64,000 nt of DNA, from NCBI RefSeq assembly GCF_039990255.1, contig NZ_JBDXGG010000016.1, positions 94,958-158,957 of the forward strand, in the 5' to 3' direction. Made by a program: the position numbers and the translations under genes. The notes under the pieces are model-generated. The model worked only from the letters and a program-made list of their open reading frames with translations, was not told where the DNA came from and did not search any database. Shown piece by piece: positions 38,439 to 48,916 of this stretch (position 1 is its first letter; every line of letters begins with the position of its first letter). Origin of the DNA: Nisaea sp. (lineage in GTDB: Bacteria > Pseudomonadota > Alphaproteobacteria > Thalassobaculales > Thalassobaculaceae).

Positions 38439-41400
38439 TCACTCCAAGACTTTCTTGATCCCGCCGAACAGACCGTCCACCGCTTTACCCGGCAACTTCA
38501 GAACATCCTTGCCGGTCTCGATGGCGCCGTCGGTCTTGCTGGAGTTCTTATTCGCTGCCTGCCCTATTTCGGCCGCTTCTTCAGGGCTTTTGCCTTCTGC
38601 CAGTGCGAGCGCCGCCGGGCAAGGATCTTCCGTCTCTCCGGCAGAAACCAGCGGCAAAACGAGCGCTAGCGGGTTGATGGCTGTCAAGGCAACGGCACCG
38701 GCGCCAATCACCGCCGTCTTCGCCGCCCCCGCTGCATCAGGAAGGATAGAGGGATCGGATAGCGGGCCCGAAATTCTGATCGGCGTTGCCAAGCTGACAA
38801 AGCTGAAATCCTTGGGCTTCGGATGCAGCAAAAAATCCACCTGCTCGTCCCTCAGGTCCACTGTGCCGGCACCGCCAACTGTTACCCGTGCACTGTCGAC
38901 AAGAAACACCGTGGAGTTCGCCATGCCGTCAGCGATATCGAACCGGGTCGCCATGCAGTTCAGACGTGCTTCCTCTTCGGCTGTCTTGCCGATGGACGGT
39001 AACAGGCTGCTGACAAGATCAGCCGCGATCAACTCCCAATAAGTATTCGAGACCATACCGTCTTTCAGATAGAGCGCGGCATGGCCATTGACCGTGTCCA
39101 TCGCCTCGCGAGGGGTGCGGCCGCTGGCGGTCAACTTGACCGACGAGCTGCCATATCCACTGAATACATCAGTCTGGAAATACTCTCGAAGAACGAGACC
39201 GAAATGAGCGTCGGTCCAGGTGCCGTCGATTGCGAAATCGGAAAGCGGGGCTTTACGACCATCAATCTTGGCCTTCAACTTAACCAAACCTTCGTTGAAG
39301 ACTCCCTCGGAAGGAAGGACGGAGAGGACCCGGTCCTGCAAGGTCGCATTCAGATGCATGTCATCAACGGCGAGACCCGGCAGACGAAGTGCGGCAACCG
39401 TGAGTTTGATCGAGCCATCGGCACGGTCCAGCACGTCCACCGGAAAGGGCTTGTCTAGCGCCTCTTCCGACGGAGCATCCGCCTTCACCTTCTCTGCCGG
39501 CTTGTCCGTGGAAACCCCGTTCCCATCATCGAGATAAGGCTCTAGATCAAGAAGCGTACTAACCAGATCAATTGACGCATTCGGCCGATCGCCTTCCAGA
39601 CCGAGCCTAACGGAACCGGTCAGATCCGAGCGCCCGATATGAGCATCGAGGCCTGTGAGCATGACGCTGGTGAACCGGTCACCCACCTGAACCAATGTCA
39701 GAGCGCCCTTGATCGCAACTGTCTCACCGACCGCTGTCCCACTAAAATCGAAGGGCAGAGCTTGACCTTGTTCAACCAGAGCCTTGATCGATGGAAACCG
39801 GCCCACAATGTCGAGGCCGCGTTCGCCGAGACGCCCGACGATGCGACCTTCGAACGGCTCTGCCATGGACACGGCTTTCAGGGAAAGCGTGTCGATTTCT
39901 ACCCGCTCGTCATGACCGGAAGAGGCCGAAGTGTAACGGACATTATCTAGTTTGATGCCGAAAGTGCCATCGACCGAAGACAGCATGGAGGCAAGGGTCC
40001 GCCCCTCGCCGACCAGGTCAACGTCTATATCCGCCCGTCCGGATGCATCACCGTCAATACCGAAACGTTCCGCAGCAACTCCGACATCAATGTCATTCCA
40101 GGCCAGCCGGGAGGAAATCTTGGTCTGAGCGCCAAGTGCCTCGACCCGAGCCGAGGCAGAAAGTTTTGCCTTTGCCAGCATCATTTCCGGGACGGAGAGC
40201 GACAGCACCTCGTCCTGCAGGCTCAGCGCAATATCTAGATCCTTTACCTTGTCCTGTGCCGTTGTCACTTCGGCGGCCCGAATGTGGGCCTCACCGGAAA
40301 TGCCCTTAAGAACAAGTCTCTTCAACGGCGTATCGAGACGGATACCGGCAACATTCTCGACCAGTTCCAAGACGGCTTCCGGGTCGGTGCCGCTAGCATC
40401 AAGCTGGATGTCGAGTTTCGAGACGGAGAAATCCCGCCCCGCGGCCGAGCCAGCCGGGGCGTTGTAACGTACCAGCGGCAACGCCGCCTTCGCATTAACG
40501 GTGGCGCCTGCCATCAGCTCGCCGATAGTCTTGCCTGCTGTCTTTACGGAAACGCTCAGATTACCTCCAGCCTCAAGCCCCGTCGTTTCGACGGCTATCC
40601 CGGCAAGTCTGTCGAAATCCGCGCCTTTAATGGAAAGGTCAGCTGCAACCAAAAGGGCGCGGCCGTCTTTCTCTACTTCCGCCTGCAATTTGATCGGCGA
40701 ACCTGCATAGACTGCCCAGAACGGAGAGACCGACAGCTTGCCGTTCTTCATCGAGAGGGTCAGCGCGATGTCTGAGGCCTCGGTGGCGCTTGACTTGAGG
40801 GCCTTCACGTTCAGCGATAGATCCACATCGGCCTGCTCCAGCCAATCCGTGGAGATACGCACGTCTAGAATGTCACGGACATCGCCCGCCCGAGAATTGC
40901 TGCCTTTACTCTTCGAGGAACCGACGGCGCTCGTCAGCGCCTCAATCTGGCGCAAATCCATGAGCTGGGATTTGAGAGTACCGGAAAGACTGGGAACGCG
41001 GCCGGCTGTATCGAGTTTCAGATCGCCCGCTATATCGGAGGAAAACAACCGGGCCTCCAGCCCCTGAACGGCAACATTGGCGGGAACGCCATCCTCATAA
41101 GCGAAGAGTAATTTGCCCGCGACGCGGAACGGCTGCCCCAAGGCCTCGCCACTGATATCGAAGGGCTGCGGCGCGCTGGCATCGCCGAGCGCCACGGCGG
41201 GCGGCAACGTACCGGCGATGTCGATGCGCTTGCCGTTAATGGACATTTTAACGATCGCCTCGACCGGATTTTCGAAATCCGGCGCGTCCAGATCGATGGA
41301 GTCGATTTCGACGAGGTGTTGCTGCCCCTCAACCTCGTCGCTGTAAACCACATCGACGTTGATCAGGGTGACGCTTTCGATGATCGGGAAAATGCTGCTG

Positions 41401-41840
41401 TGGGACGGCCCGGATTCATCGCCCTTTTCCTCATCCGTCTTACCGGAATCAAACAGCCAGTTCGCTCGGCCGTCGGCTTCCCGGTGCAGGTTCAGCCTGG
41501 CATGTTCGATGAACAGATTCTCGACAACCAGAATGCCGTCGAACACCCGGTTGAGATCAAGTTTCAGCTCCAGTGCCCCGAGCGAGACCATGTCCTCATC
41601 GCCTGCCCAGATCGCGTTCTGGAAACGGACATCCTCGACCCGGACCCTCGGATTCCAGGACAGCTCATAGGTCAGCGGCCCAGCGATGGTCAGGGTGCGG
41701 CCTGTGGCTTTCTGGACCTGTTCAGCGATGATCTGCTTCACATCCTCCTCATCGAGGGAGGCCAGATAGACCGAAAGGCCAACCCCAAGGACAACGAGCA
41801 GTCCAAGGAGTGACAACAGGGAAATCTTCAGAATGCGCAT
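38439..41840 (-). CDS. AsmA family protein (large envelope protein)
   Basis: About 1130 aa. N-terminal anchor 'MRILKISLLSLLGLLVVLGVGLSVYL', then long beta-rich repetitive sequence as in AsmA/TamB-like proteins. The ORF opens at 41894. Confidence 0.6.
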   Translation of the reverse strand: MRILKISLLSLLGLLVVLGVGLSVYLASLDEEDVKQIIAEQVQKATGRTLTIAGPLTYELSWNPRVRVEDVRFQNAIWAGDEDMVSLGALELKLDLNRVFDGILVVENLFIEHARLNLHREADGRANWLFDSGKTDEEKGDESGPSHSSIFPIIESVTLINVDVVYSDEVEGQQHLVEIDSIDLDAPDFENPVEAIVKMSINGKRIDIAGTLPPAVALGDASAPQPFDISGEALGQPFRVAGKLLFAYEDGVPANVAVQGLEARLFSSDIAGDLKLDTAGRVPSLSGTLKSQLMDLRQIEALTSAVGSSKSKGSNSRAGDVRDILDVRISTDWLEQADVDLSLNVKALKSSATEASDIALTLSMKNGKLSVSPFWAVYAGSPIKLQAEVEKDGRALLVAADLSIKGADFDRLAGIAVETTGLEAGGNLSVSVKTAGKTIGELMAGATVNAKAALPLVRYNAPAGSAAGRDFSVSKLDIQLDASGTDPEAVLELVENVAGIRLDTPLKRLVLKGISGEAHIRAAEVTTAQDKVKDLDIALSLQDEVLSLSVPEMMLAKAKLSASARVEALGAQTKISSRLAWNDIDVGVAAERFGIDGDASGRADIDVDLVGEGRTLASMLSSVDGTFGIKLDNVRYTSASSGHDERVEIDTLSLKAVSMAEPFEGRIVGRLGERGLDIVGRFPSIKALVEQGQALPFDFSGTAVGETVAIKGALTLVQVGDRFTSVMLTGLDAHIGRSDLTGSVRLGLEGDRPNASIDLVSTLLDLEPYLDDGNGVSTDKPAEKVKADAPSEEALDKPFPVDVLDRADGSIKLTVAALRLPGLAVDDMHLNATLQDRVLSVLPSEGVFNEGLVKLKAKIDGRKAPLSDFAIDGTWTDAHFGLVLREYFQTDVFSGYGSSSVKLTASGRTPREAMDTVNGHAALYLKDGMVSNTYWELIAADLVSSLLPSIGKTAEEEARLNCMATRFDIADGMANSTVFLVDSARVTVGGAGTVDLRDEQVDFLLHPKPKDFSFVSLATPIRISGPLSDPSILPDAAGAAKTAVIGAGAVALTAINPLALVLPLVSAGETEDPCPAALALAEGKSPEEAAEIGQAANKNSSKTDGAIETGKDVLKLPGKAVDGLFGGIKKVLE

Positions 41841-41853
41841 AATGCCGCTCCTA

Positions 41854-42534
41854 TCAGGATGCGAGAAGCCGCGCGACCTCCACATCCAGATCATCGAAAT
41901 GATCGATCACCGCACCGGGACCGAAATTCTCAAGGTCCGCACGCTCGTGATAGCCCCAAGTTACCACGACCGATGCCACCGAGGCGTTCCGAGCTGTTTC
42001 CAGATCATACACCGTATCGCCGACCATGATTGTGGCAGATGCCTCAACTCCGGCTTCATTCATCGCCTGAATAATCATCCCGGGATGTGGCTTTCCCGGC
42101 GCTGTGTCAGATGTCTGGATACTGACGAAGCGATCAATCAGCCCATGCACTTCCAAAGCATGTCTTGCGCCCCGGCTTCCTTTTCCAGTCGCCAGCGCGA
42201 TCAAATATCCCGCCGCGTCCAGCCGCTCCACCACTTCCCGCGCGCCGGGCATCAAGGGTTCGTGCCGCTCTCCGCGATCCTGGGTGGCACGGACATCTTC
42301 GCGATAATCCTGTGCCAGCTGCACGCAGCGCTCCGGTAAAAGGTCCGGCAACAGCGATGCGATAATGACTTCCAGCGGCAAACCGACCCCGGCCCGCACG
42401 GATGCCGGGTCAGGAGCGGCAAACCCGTTTCTCTCAAAAGACCGGGTCATTGAGGCGACAATAAGGTGCTGGCTGTCGATCAGCGTTCCGTCCATGTCGA
42501 AAACGACCAGCTTCAATGGATCGGATGACGGCAT
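41854..42534 (-). CDS. HAD family hydrolase (phosphoglycolate phosphatase-like)
   Basis: Motif I 'VVFDMDGTLIDS', motif II 'ALATGK' and motif IV 'VGDTVYD'. The start at M21 (42534) abuts the rluC-like stop. Confidence 0.85.
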   Translation of the reverse strand: MPSSDPLKLVVFDMDGTLIDSQHLIVASMTRSFERNGFAAPDPASVRAGVGLPLEVIIASLLPDLLPERCVQLAQDYREDVRATQDRGERHEPLMPGAREVVERLDAAGYLIALATGKGSRGARHALEVHGLIDRFVSIQTSDTAPGKPHPGMIIQAMNEAGVEASATIMVGDTVYDLETARNASVASVVVTWGYHERADLENFGPGAVIDHFDDLDVEVARLLAS

Positions 42535-43532
42535 CAGACGTCCTCTCGCAACGCGTCCGCACCACCTTCCGGATCGAAGCCGAAGAAATCCCAAGCCTTC
42601 AGCATATGCTCCGGCAAGGGCGCTGTGACTTTCAAAAACTTGCCGTTCGGCCGCTTCACCTCGATCTCGCGGGCGTGCAGATGCAGTTTGCGGGACAGGC
42701 CTTCGGCCACCAGGAAGGCTTCCTGGCCGCCATACTTTCCGTCGCCAAGGATCGGCGCCCGCCGTTCCATCATGTGAACGCGGAGCTGGTGAGTCCGGCC
42801 CGTGATCGGGCTGAGCGCAACCCAGGCGACGCGTTTGCCGAGCTGCTCGACCACCTCGTAGTCCGTCTGGGCCTTTTGACCCGTTTCGTAATCAACCGCC
42901 ATCTTCTCGCCAGCCTTGCCGGGCAACTTGGAGATGGGAATGTCGATCCGGGCCACCCTGGGCTTCACCTCGCCGAGCACCAGCGCCCAGTAGATCTTGC
43001 GCGTGGTCTTTTCCCGAAACGCCGCTGTCAGCCAGCGGGCCGCCGGGGTCGAGCGGGCGATCAGCAGAATGCCGGAAGTATCCTTATCGAGCCGGTGCAC
43101 CAGCTTCGGCCGTTCGGAACGGCCAAAGCGGAAACCGTCCAGCATACCGTCGACATGTACCTTCTGACCGGTTCCGCCTTGGGTGGCGATGCCGGCCGGC
43201 TTGTCCAGCACGATCACATCGTCATCCATGAACAGGATCCGCTCGCGCATTTCCTCCAGAAGGGCCTCGTCGATCCGGGATTCCTTGCCGGGCCGGCTCT
43301 CGGCTGTCGGCGGACTGGTTTCCTTCTCGCCGAGCGGCGGCAGGCGCAGATACTGGCCTGCTTCAAGGCGCTGGTTCGCCTTCACCCGCTTGCCGTCGAC
43401 CCGGACCTGACCGGTCCGCAGCAGCTTTTCCAACCGGCCATGGCCGAGGCCCGGATAATGTTTCTTGAACCAGCGGTCGACGCGGATATCCGCATCGTCG
43501 CTCTTTACCTGAATTGTCTGAACGCCGCTCAT
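42534..43532 (-). CDS. RluA family pseudouridine synthase (RluC/D-like, S4 domain)
   Basis: S4-like N-terminus 'RVDRWFKKHYPGLGHGRLEKLLRTGQVRVDG' and catalytic 'HRLDKDTSGILLIA'. Confidence 0.9.
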   Translation of the reverse strand: MSGVQTIQVKSDDADIRVDRWFKKHYPGLGHGRLEKLLRTGQVRVDGKRVKANQRLEAGQYLRLPPLGEKETSPPTAESRPGKESRIDEALLEEMRERILFMDDDVIVLDKPAGIATQGGTGQKVHVDGMLDGFRFGRSERPKLVHRLDKDTSGILLIARSTPAARWLTAAFREKTTRKIYWALVLGEVKPRVARIDIPISKLPGKAGEKMAVDYETGQKAQTDYEVVEQLGKRVAWVALSPITGRTHQLRVHMMERRAPILGDGKYGGQEAFLVAEGLSRKLHLHAREIEVKRPNGKFLKVTAPLPEHMLKAWDFFGFDPEGGADALREDV

Positions 43533-43909
43533 GCGAAGAGTCCTCTCATCACGGCGAGACCGCCGAACATAGCAAGAATGGCACCGGCTACCGACAGTGC
43601 GACATAGAAGCCCGCGAGCATCAGATTGCCGCGTTCCGTCAGAGTCGCAAAATCAAGCGCAAATGTGGAGAAAGTGGTGAAAGCGCCGCAAAAACCAACC
43701 ATCAGAAAGGCACGCGCTTCCAGCGGTAAACTGAACCTGAAGGCCAACCCGCCAGCCAGCAGGCCGAGCAGGAAAGAGCCCACAATATTCACCGCGATTG
43801 TGCCGTAAGGAAACCCGGTGCCAAACAGATGCATGGCAACGGAACCGACTTTATGGCGGGCGAGCGCGCCGAGCGCGCCACCGCACGCAATGGCAAGGAG
43901 CAGTTTCAT
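43529..43909 (-). CDS. crcB: fluoride efflux channel CrcB/FluC
   Basis: 126 aa with four TM helices. 'GGALGALAR' and 'FPYGTIAVNIVGSFLLG' match the CrcB pattern. It makes an ATGA overlap with the downstream rluC-like gene. Confidence 0.9.
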   Translation of the reverse strand: MKLLLAIACGGALGALARHKVGSVAMHLFGTGFPYGTIAVNIVGSFLLGLLAGGLAFRFSLPLEARAFLMVGFCGAFTTFSTFALDFATLTERGNLMLAGFYVALSVAGAILAMFGGLAVMRGLFA

Positions 43910-43923
43910 CAGCGCTTGCTAGC

Positions 43924-44805
43924 CTAAGCCGCGCCGAATATCCAGCCCTCCTTGGAGGCACCAGCCCTGCGTGCCTGTTTCCAGAGCGCGGCTTCGGCCT
44001 GCAACTCCCGTAATGCAGCCGCCGATATCAGGGCGTCAGCCTCATCTTCTGCGCGGATTTCAGGAATCTCGCCAAGGGTGACACCGAAGTGACGACAGAC
44101 AGAACCAAGATTCCCTTGATCCCCCCAGGCCCGGGGATCTCCACCGGCTAGCTTGTAGTAAAACCTGGGAAAGATCTCGACGACAGTGAGTGCCCCGCCC
44201 GGCTCCGGATCGAACGGCCAGATCCGGATATCCTGATCCAGCCCGCGCAGCCTGTGCAGCAAACGCATACCGGCAAGCGAGCCAGTGCCGACATTGGCCG
44301 CGCCGATGCATTTGAAGACCGGGTGCGGCGTGGTCACGGAAGCGGCCGCCTGTTCCACCAACCTCTGCCGGTATCGGTACTTCTCCCCGCGCCAGCCCGG
44401 CGCCATGAAATAATCCCTGTAGGGCAAGTCCGCGCGCTTGTAGAGGGCGGCGCCGTATAAATCGGGATCATCCTGAGCCGTCTGCTCAACAAGCGCCCAG
44501 ACAGCCTCCGGAGAGGATGGAGCGTCCGGCAGGCCCGGGAAATAGGCTGCTTCGTCCTCGAAGGCGTAGCAAAAGGCAAAGTCAAAGCCTGCCAGCACAC
44601 GGCAGCCTTCATCGACTTTGGCGACCAGAAAAGACAGCACGTCCGGCCGAGACCAAATGCCATGCTCTCGATAGGGATTGGCGATCAGAAGGGGCAGCGC
44701 CCCACCCGGCCGGGTGGCAGCAACCTGAATGCCTCTAGTGCGCGCGCCCTTTGCCCCGGACCAGTCGATGCCGAGGAAAAGATCGAAGCCGGGATCAGCT
44801 GTCAC
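43924..44805 (-). CDS. conserved hypothetical protein (possibly a DUF429-like RNase H fold)
   Basis: 'FLGIDWSGAKG' near the N-terminus and 'EDEADALISAAAL' near the C-terminus resemble DUF429. The ORF opens at 44979 inside rarA. The GTG at 44805 is the likely start. Confidence 0.4.
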   Translation of the reverse strand: MTADPGFDLFLGIDWSGAKGARTRGIQVAATRPGGALPLLIANPYREHGIWSRPDVLSFLVAKVDEGCRVLAGFDFAFCYAFEDEAAYFPGLPDAPSSPEAVWALVEQTAQDDPDLYGAALYKRADLPYRDYFMAPGWRGEKYRYRQRLVEQAAASVTTPHPVFKCIGAANVGTGSLAGMRLLHRLRGLDQDIRIWPFDPEPGGALTVVEIFPRFYYKLAGGDPRAWGDQGNLGSVCRHFGVTLGEIPEIRAEDEADALISAAALRELQAEAALWKQARRAGASKEGWIFGAA

Positions 44806-46105
44806 CGTCCGGACCGCCTGTCGCGCGCTGCCGGCGCAGCTTGTCCCAATAAGCGAGACGCTTCTGGATATCCCGCTCGAAACCACGCTCGACCGGCTGA
44901 TAGAATTGCTCCCGGCGCATGTCTTCGGGGAAATAATCGGCTCCGCTGAAGCCGTCCGGCGCGTCGTGATCGTAGGCATAGCCCTTGCCGTAACCGAGAT
45001 CCTTCATCAGGTTCGTCGGCGCATTCAGGATATGCGCGGGCGGGGCCAGCGAGCCGGTCGTCTTGGCGGCACGCGCAGCCGCCTTACTGGCCTTGTAGGC
45101 GGCGTTCGATTTCGGCGCTGTGGCGAGATAGATGACGCATTGCGCCAACATCAGATCGCCCTCGGGAGAGCCAATGCGCTCATAAGCATCCCAGCAAGCC
45201 AAAGCCTGCGGAAGTGCGGCCGGATCGGCCAAGCCGATATCCTCCGCCGCGAACCGGGTCAGGCGGCGCATGATGTAGCCGGCATCCTCCCCGCCGACCA
45301 ACATCCGCGAAAGCCAATAGAGTGCGGCATCCGCGTCCGAGCCCCGCAGGGACTTATGCAAGGCACTGATCAGATTGTAATGCTCTTCCCGGTTCTTGTC
45401 GTAGACCGGCGCCCGATGCTGCACCGTCTTGGCCAGTCCGGCACCGTCCAGCAACGGCTCCGATGGCAGCAGGAAAATCTCCTCGGTCAGATTGAGCAGA
45501 TAGCGCCCATCCCCGTCCGCCATCGCTTTCAGCGCTTCGCGGCCGTCCGGCGTCAATGGCAGGGCACGGCCCTCGATTTCCTCCGCGCGGGTCAGCAACA
45601 GATCCAGCGCTGTATCGTCCAGCCGCCGCAGCACCAGCACCTGACACCGGGAGAGCAACGCCGCGTTCAGCTCGAATGACGGGTTCTCCGTCGTCGCGCC
45701 GACCAGCACGACCGTGCCGTCCTCCACATAGGGCAGAAAGCCGTCCTGCTGGGCCCGGTTGAAACGGTGGATCTCGTCGATGAACAGCAGCGTGCCGCAC
45801 CCCATCTGCCGCCGTTCCTTGGCCTTCTCGAAGACCTTGCGCAGGTCGGCAACACCTGAGAACACCGCAGACAGCGGCTCGAACTCCATGTCCGTGCCGT
45901 CCGCCAGCAGTCGGGCGATAGTGGTCTTGCCGCAGCCCGGCGGTCCCCAGAGCAGGATCGAAGCAACCCGCTGACGCGCCAGCATCCGGCCTAGCGGCGC
46001 TTCCGGTCCGAGCAGATGATCCTGCCCGACCACTTCGGAGAGGGTTTTCGGGCGCAGACGGTCTGCCAGCGGCCTCGGTGCGTCGGCTTCAAACAGACTT
46101 GCCAC
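44795..46105 (-). CDS. rarA: replication-associated recombination protein A (AAA+ ATPase)
   Basis: Walker A 'LWGPPGCGKTT', Walker B 'LFIDEIHRFN' and the MgsA C-terminal 'HDAPDGFSGADYFP'. Confidence 0.95.
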   Translation of the reverse strand: MASLFEADAPRPLADRLRPKTLSEVVGQDHLLGPEAPLGRMLARQRVASILLWGPPGCGKTTIARLLADGTDMEFEPLSAVFSGVADLRKVFEKAKERRQMGCGTLLFIDEIHRFNRAQQDGFLPYVEDGTVVLVGATTENPSFELNAALLSRCQVLVLRRLDDTALDLLLTRAEEIEGRALPLTPDGREALKAMADGDGRYLLNLTEEIFLLPSEPLLDGAGLAKTVQHRAPVYDKNREEHYNLISALHKSLRGSDADAALYWLSRMLVGGEDAGYIMRRLTRFAAEDIGLADPAALPQALACWDAYERIGSPEGDLMLAQCVIYLATAPKSNAAYKASKAAARAAKTTGSLAPPAHILNAPTNLMKDLGYGKGYAYDHDAPDGFSGADYFPEDMRREQFYQPVERGFERDIQKRLAYWDKLRRQRATGGPDGDS

Positions 46106-46108
46106 CGT

Positions 46109-47584
46109 TCAGCCCTTGATTTCCGTGGTCAGTACCTGGCCTTCGCGGCGGATTGAAATGCGCCAGGCATTCTTCGCTGACATCAGCGCAGGCTCGAGCT
46201 TTGAGACCATATCGATCGTGTCATCATTGATCTTCAGCACAACATCGCCCGGCCTGAGTCCCACACGGGCAGCAGGGGATCGCCGCGCAACCTTGAGCAC
46301 TACGACTCCCCGCGACATATCGTCGAGCCCGTGCTCAAGGGCGAAAGCCGGCGACAGGTTTGCAACCTGGGCTCCCAACATCGGGTGCTGGCCGCGCATA
46401 TCCGTCAGATCAGGTTCCGGCTGGGTAAGAGGGGCTCGCATAGGGACATCTATCGTTTGATGCGTTCCTCCCCGCAGAATCTCGATCTGCGCCTCACTAC
46501 CGAGCGGACGCGTAGCCACACGGTATCGCAGAGCCTGCTCGTCCACGATCTCCCTGTCGCTGACCTTCAGGATAACATCGCCAATCCGTATCCCTGCATT
46601 GGCTGCCGGCCCATCAGGATAGACATCCGTCACAGCAACACCGACCGGCCGAGGCAAGCCGAACTGCTCCGCCAAATCAGGTGTCATGGTCTGACCGGAC
46701 ACACCGATCCAGGGCCGCACCACATTGCCCTTCTCCACTCCATCAAGAATGGTGCTGACCATATTTGACGGTACGGCAAAGCCGATTCCGACTGACCCGC
46801 CGCTGCCTTTCTGGTTGCTGTAGATCGCTGTATTCACGCCCACCAGTCGACCATCCATGGAAATCAGCGCACCGCCCGAATTCCCCGGGTTGATGGCCGC
46901 GTCGGTCTGGATAAAAAAACTGTAATCGGTGATGCCGAGGGCGGTTCGGGCGAGAGCAGAGACAATCCCGCTGGTCACCGTCTGGCCGACCCCGAACGGA
47001 TTGCCGATGGCCAGAACGAGATCGCCAACCTCCAGCTCGTCGCTGTCGCGGATCGCAAGATATGGAAGGTTCTCTCCTTCCGTTTCGATTTTCAGTACGG
47101 CAAGGTCGGTGCGCTCCTCCTCGAGCAGGATCTTCGCATCGAACTCACGTCGGTCTGACAATACAACGGTGATCTCATCCGCGCCCTTGATGACGTGATA
47201 ATTGGTCACGACCAACCCGTCCTCACGCATGATGACCCCGGAGCCGAGAGACTGAGCCGTACGCTTGCGCGCTTCCCCCGGAAACACATCACCGAAGAAC
47301 CGGCGGAAGAAGGGATCGTCGAACAATGGCGATGCCCGGCGCTCGGTGACTTCTGCCCGGGCATAAATATTCACCACGGCAGGACCGACTTTCCGCACCA
47401 GAGGAGCGAAGGAATACTGGATCTCTGCCCGCGACCCAGGCACCTCTTTCACGGCTTGCGCTGTCGCCGACCCCGCCACAGCAAACACCAGCAGAAACCC
47501 GCCAAGACACCCCATCACCACCATATGGCGAATCGTGTCAGCGACTGGCAGAGAGAAAAACCGAGAAGAATCAGGGCGCCGCAT
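46109..47584 (-). CDS. DegP/DegQ (HtrA) family periplasmic serine endoprotease
   Basis: Signal peptide, catalytic 'TDAAINPGNSGGAL' and two PDZ-like C-terminal repeats. 491 aa. Confidence 0.9.
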   Translation of the reverse strand: MRRPDSSRFFSLPVADTIRHMVVMGCLGGFLLVFAVAGSATAQAVKEVPGSRAEIQYSFAPLVRKVGPAVVNIYARAEVTERRASPLFDDPFFRRFFGDVFPGEARKRTAQSLGSGVIMREDGLVVTNYHVIKGADEITVVLSDRREFDAKILLEEERTDLAVLKIETEGENLPYLAIRDSDELEVGDLVLAIGNPFGVGQTVTSGIVSALARTALGITDYSFFIQTDAAINPGNSGGALISMDGRLVGVNTAIYSNQKGSGGSVGIGFAVPSNMVSTILDGVEKGNVVRPWIGVSGQTMTPDLAEQFGLPRPVGVAVTDVYPDGPAANAGIRIGDVILKVSDREIVDEQALRYRVATRPLGSEAQIEILRGGTHQTIDVPMRAPLTQPEPDLTDMRGQHPMLGAQVANLSPAFALEHGLDDMSRGVVVLKVARRSPAARVGLRPGDVVLKINDDTIDMVSKLEPALMSAKNAWRISIRREGQVLTTEIKG

Positions 47585-47638
47585 CGGTTGCTTTTCCGTT
47601 TGTTGTCACAAAATTAAGTCGAAGGTAGGCTATCCTAT

Positions 47639-48826
47639 ATGGGTTGGCGGTGCATGGGGCAAAAGGGACGCACCAACAACACCGGACCGGAAATGGAGGG
47701 GTCAATGCCAGGCGCCCAGAACACCGGGAAAGCCACGATTTCCAGAGCCGGGGAGTTGGCCGATACGATCAGCTCACTCGGCGACAGCGACGGCGAGATC
47801 AAACGTGCCCGCGCCTGCTACGATTCCCTCTACACGCTCGCCAGCACCCATGCCAACTCCGCAGACATACGAGATCGCTTGATATGCGGTGCCCTCAGGC
47901 TCGCTGCCTGCCATGCCCGGCGCAGCGAGCTGAATGCGATCCATGACGTGCGCACCCATCTGGAGCGCTATGCTCTGGGCCATCCGGAGGATCCCGGCAT
48001 GCGGCGAGGCTATTGCGAATTATCGGTTACTCTTTGCCTGGAATATTCCCGTCAGGGAAAGAGTGCCGAGGCTGACGCCACCTTCGAGGAAATCCAGGCC
48101 ATAGCCACCCGTCACCCGACGGACCGCCTGTTGCGCTCCACCCTAGCCAAAGCCATTGCGAACAGGATCGCCACCCATTGCGACGCGGGCCGAACCCGCG
48201 AGGCCCATCATCTGCACCGTTCGCTCTGCGCCTTGGCCGAGGTATCGAACAGCCAGCCGGATACGATGCAGCATAGAGCGAATGGCAGCTTCAATCTGGC
48301 GACACATCTGGCCCAGACCGGTGCATCCCAAAAGGCCATCGACCTCTATTTCAGTCTGGCGATCTTCGTGGATAGCAGAAGCCAGACTGCAGGCCTTCTT
48401 GATGCGCTGGCCGATGCGGGTTTCGGTCTCATTACCGTGTTCGGCGACAAGGGCAAGTTGGCCGAAGCCGAAACCATCTATGTCGATTTAAACCGGCGCG
48501 CAGCAATTGACGAAGAGATGCGCGAGAAGGCCATGCTTGCAGCCTTTAACCTGATGACCGACTTCTGCCGCGACGGTGCTATCGGAAAAGCTCGTCACAT
48601 TTATGACGACATTCTTGCCCTTTCAGCCGCGCGTCCGGAAAGCAGGACAGCAGCGTTGCTCCATGCCAAGGCTTGCACCAATCTTCTACTGACAGCCGAG
48701 GCCTTGGAAGACGCGGCACATGCGGACTTGCTAAGTCAGGAACTCGACCAACTCGTCGCCGCCTGGCCTGATGACGAGCAAATCTGGAGTATTGCCGCAA
48801 GTTTGATGCCGCTTGGTTCCGATTGA
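47639..48826 (+). CDS. hypothetical alpha-helical repeat protein
   Basis: 395-aa ORF made of recurring ~35-40-aa helical units, for example '...GKSAEADATFEEIQAIA...', '...GRTREAHHLHRSLCALA...', '...GKLAEAETIYVDLNRRA...' and '...GAIGKARHIYDDILALS...'. The start is uncertain. Confidence 0.45.
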   Translation: MGWRCMGQKGRTNNTGPEMEGSMPGAQNTGKATISRAGELADTISSLGDSDGEIKRARACYDSLYTLASTHANSADIRDRLICGALRLAACHARRSELNAIHDVRTHLERYALGHPEDPGMRRGYCELSVTLCLEYSRQGKSAEADATFEEIQAIATRHPTDRLLRSTLAKAIANRIATHCDAGRTREAHHLHRSLCALAEVSNSQPDTMQHRANGSFNLATHLAQTGASQKAIDLYFSLAIFVDSRSQTAGLLDALADAGFGLITVFGDKGKLAEAETIYVDLNRRAAIDEEMREKAMLAAFNLMTDFCRDGAIGKARHIYDDILALSAARPESRTAALLHAKACTNLLLTAEALEDAAHADLLSQELDQLVAAWPDDEQIWSIAASLMPLGSD

Positions 48827-48916
48827 TATCATGCGCTGCTCAAAGCGGTTTCGGGTCCCGAAATTCGCGGAGATCGCTCAGCTTGACCACGGGCTTTTTG
48901 AATGTATTGTCGAAAC

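Noticed and set aside
43910-43923. Expected fluoride riboswitch upstream of crcB
   Set aside because: Only 14 nt separate crcB from the upstream ORF, and no crcB-motif sequence is visible. crcB appears to be co-transcribed in the rarA-to-rluC gene chain.
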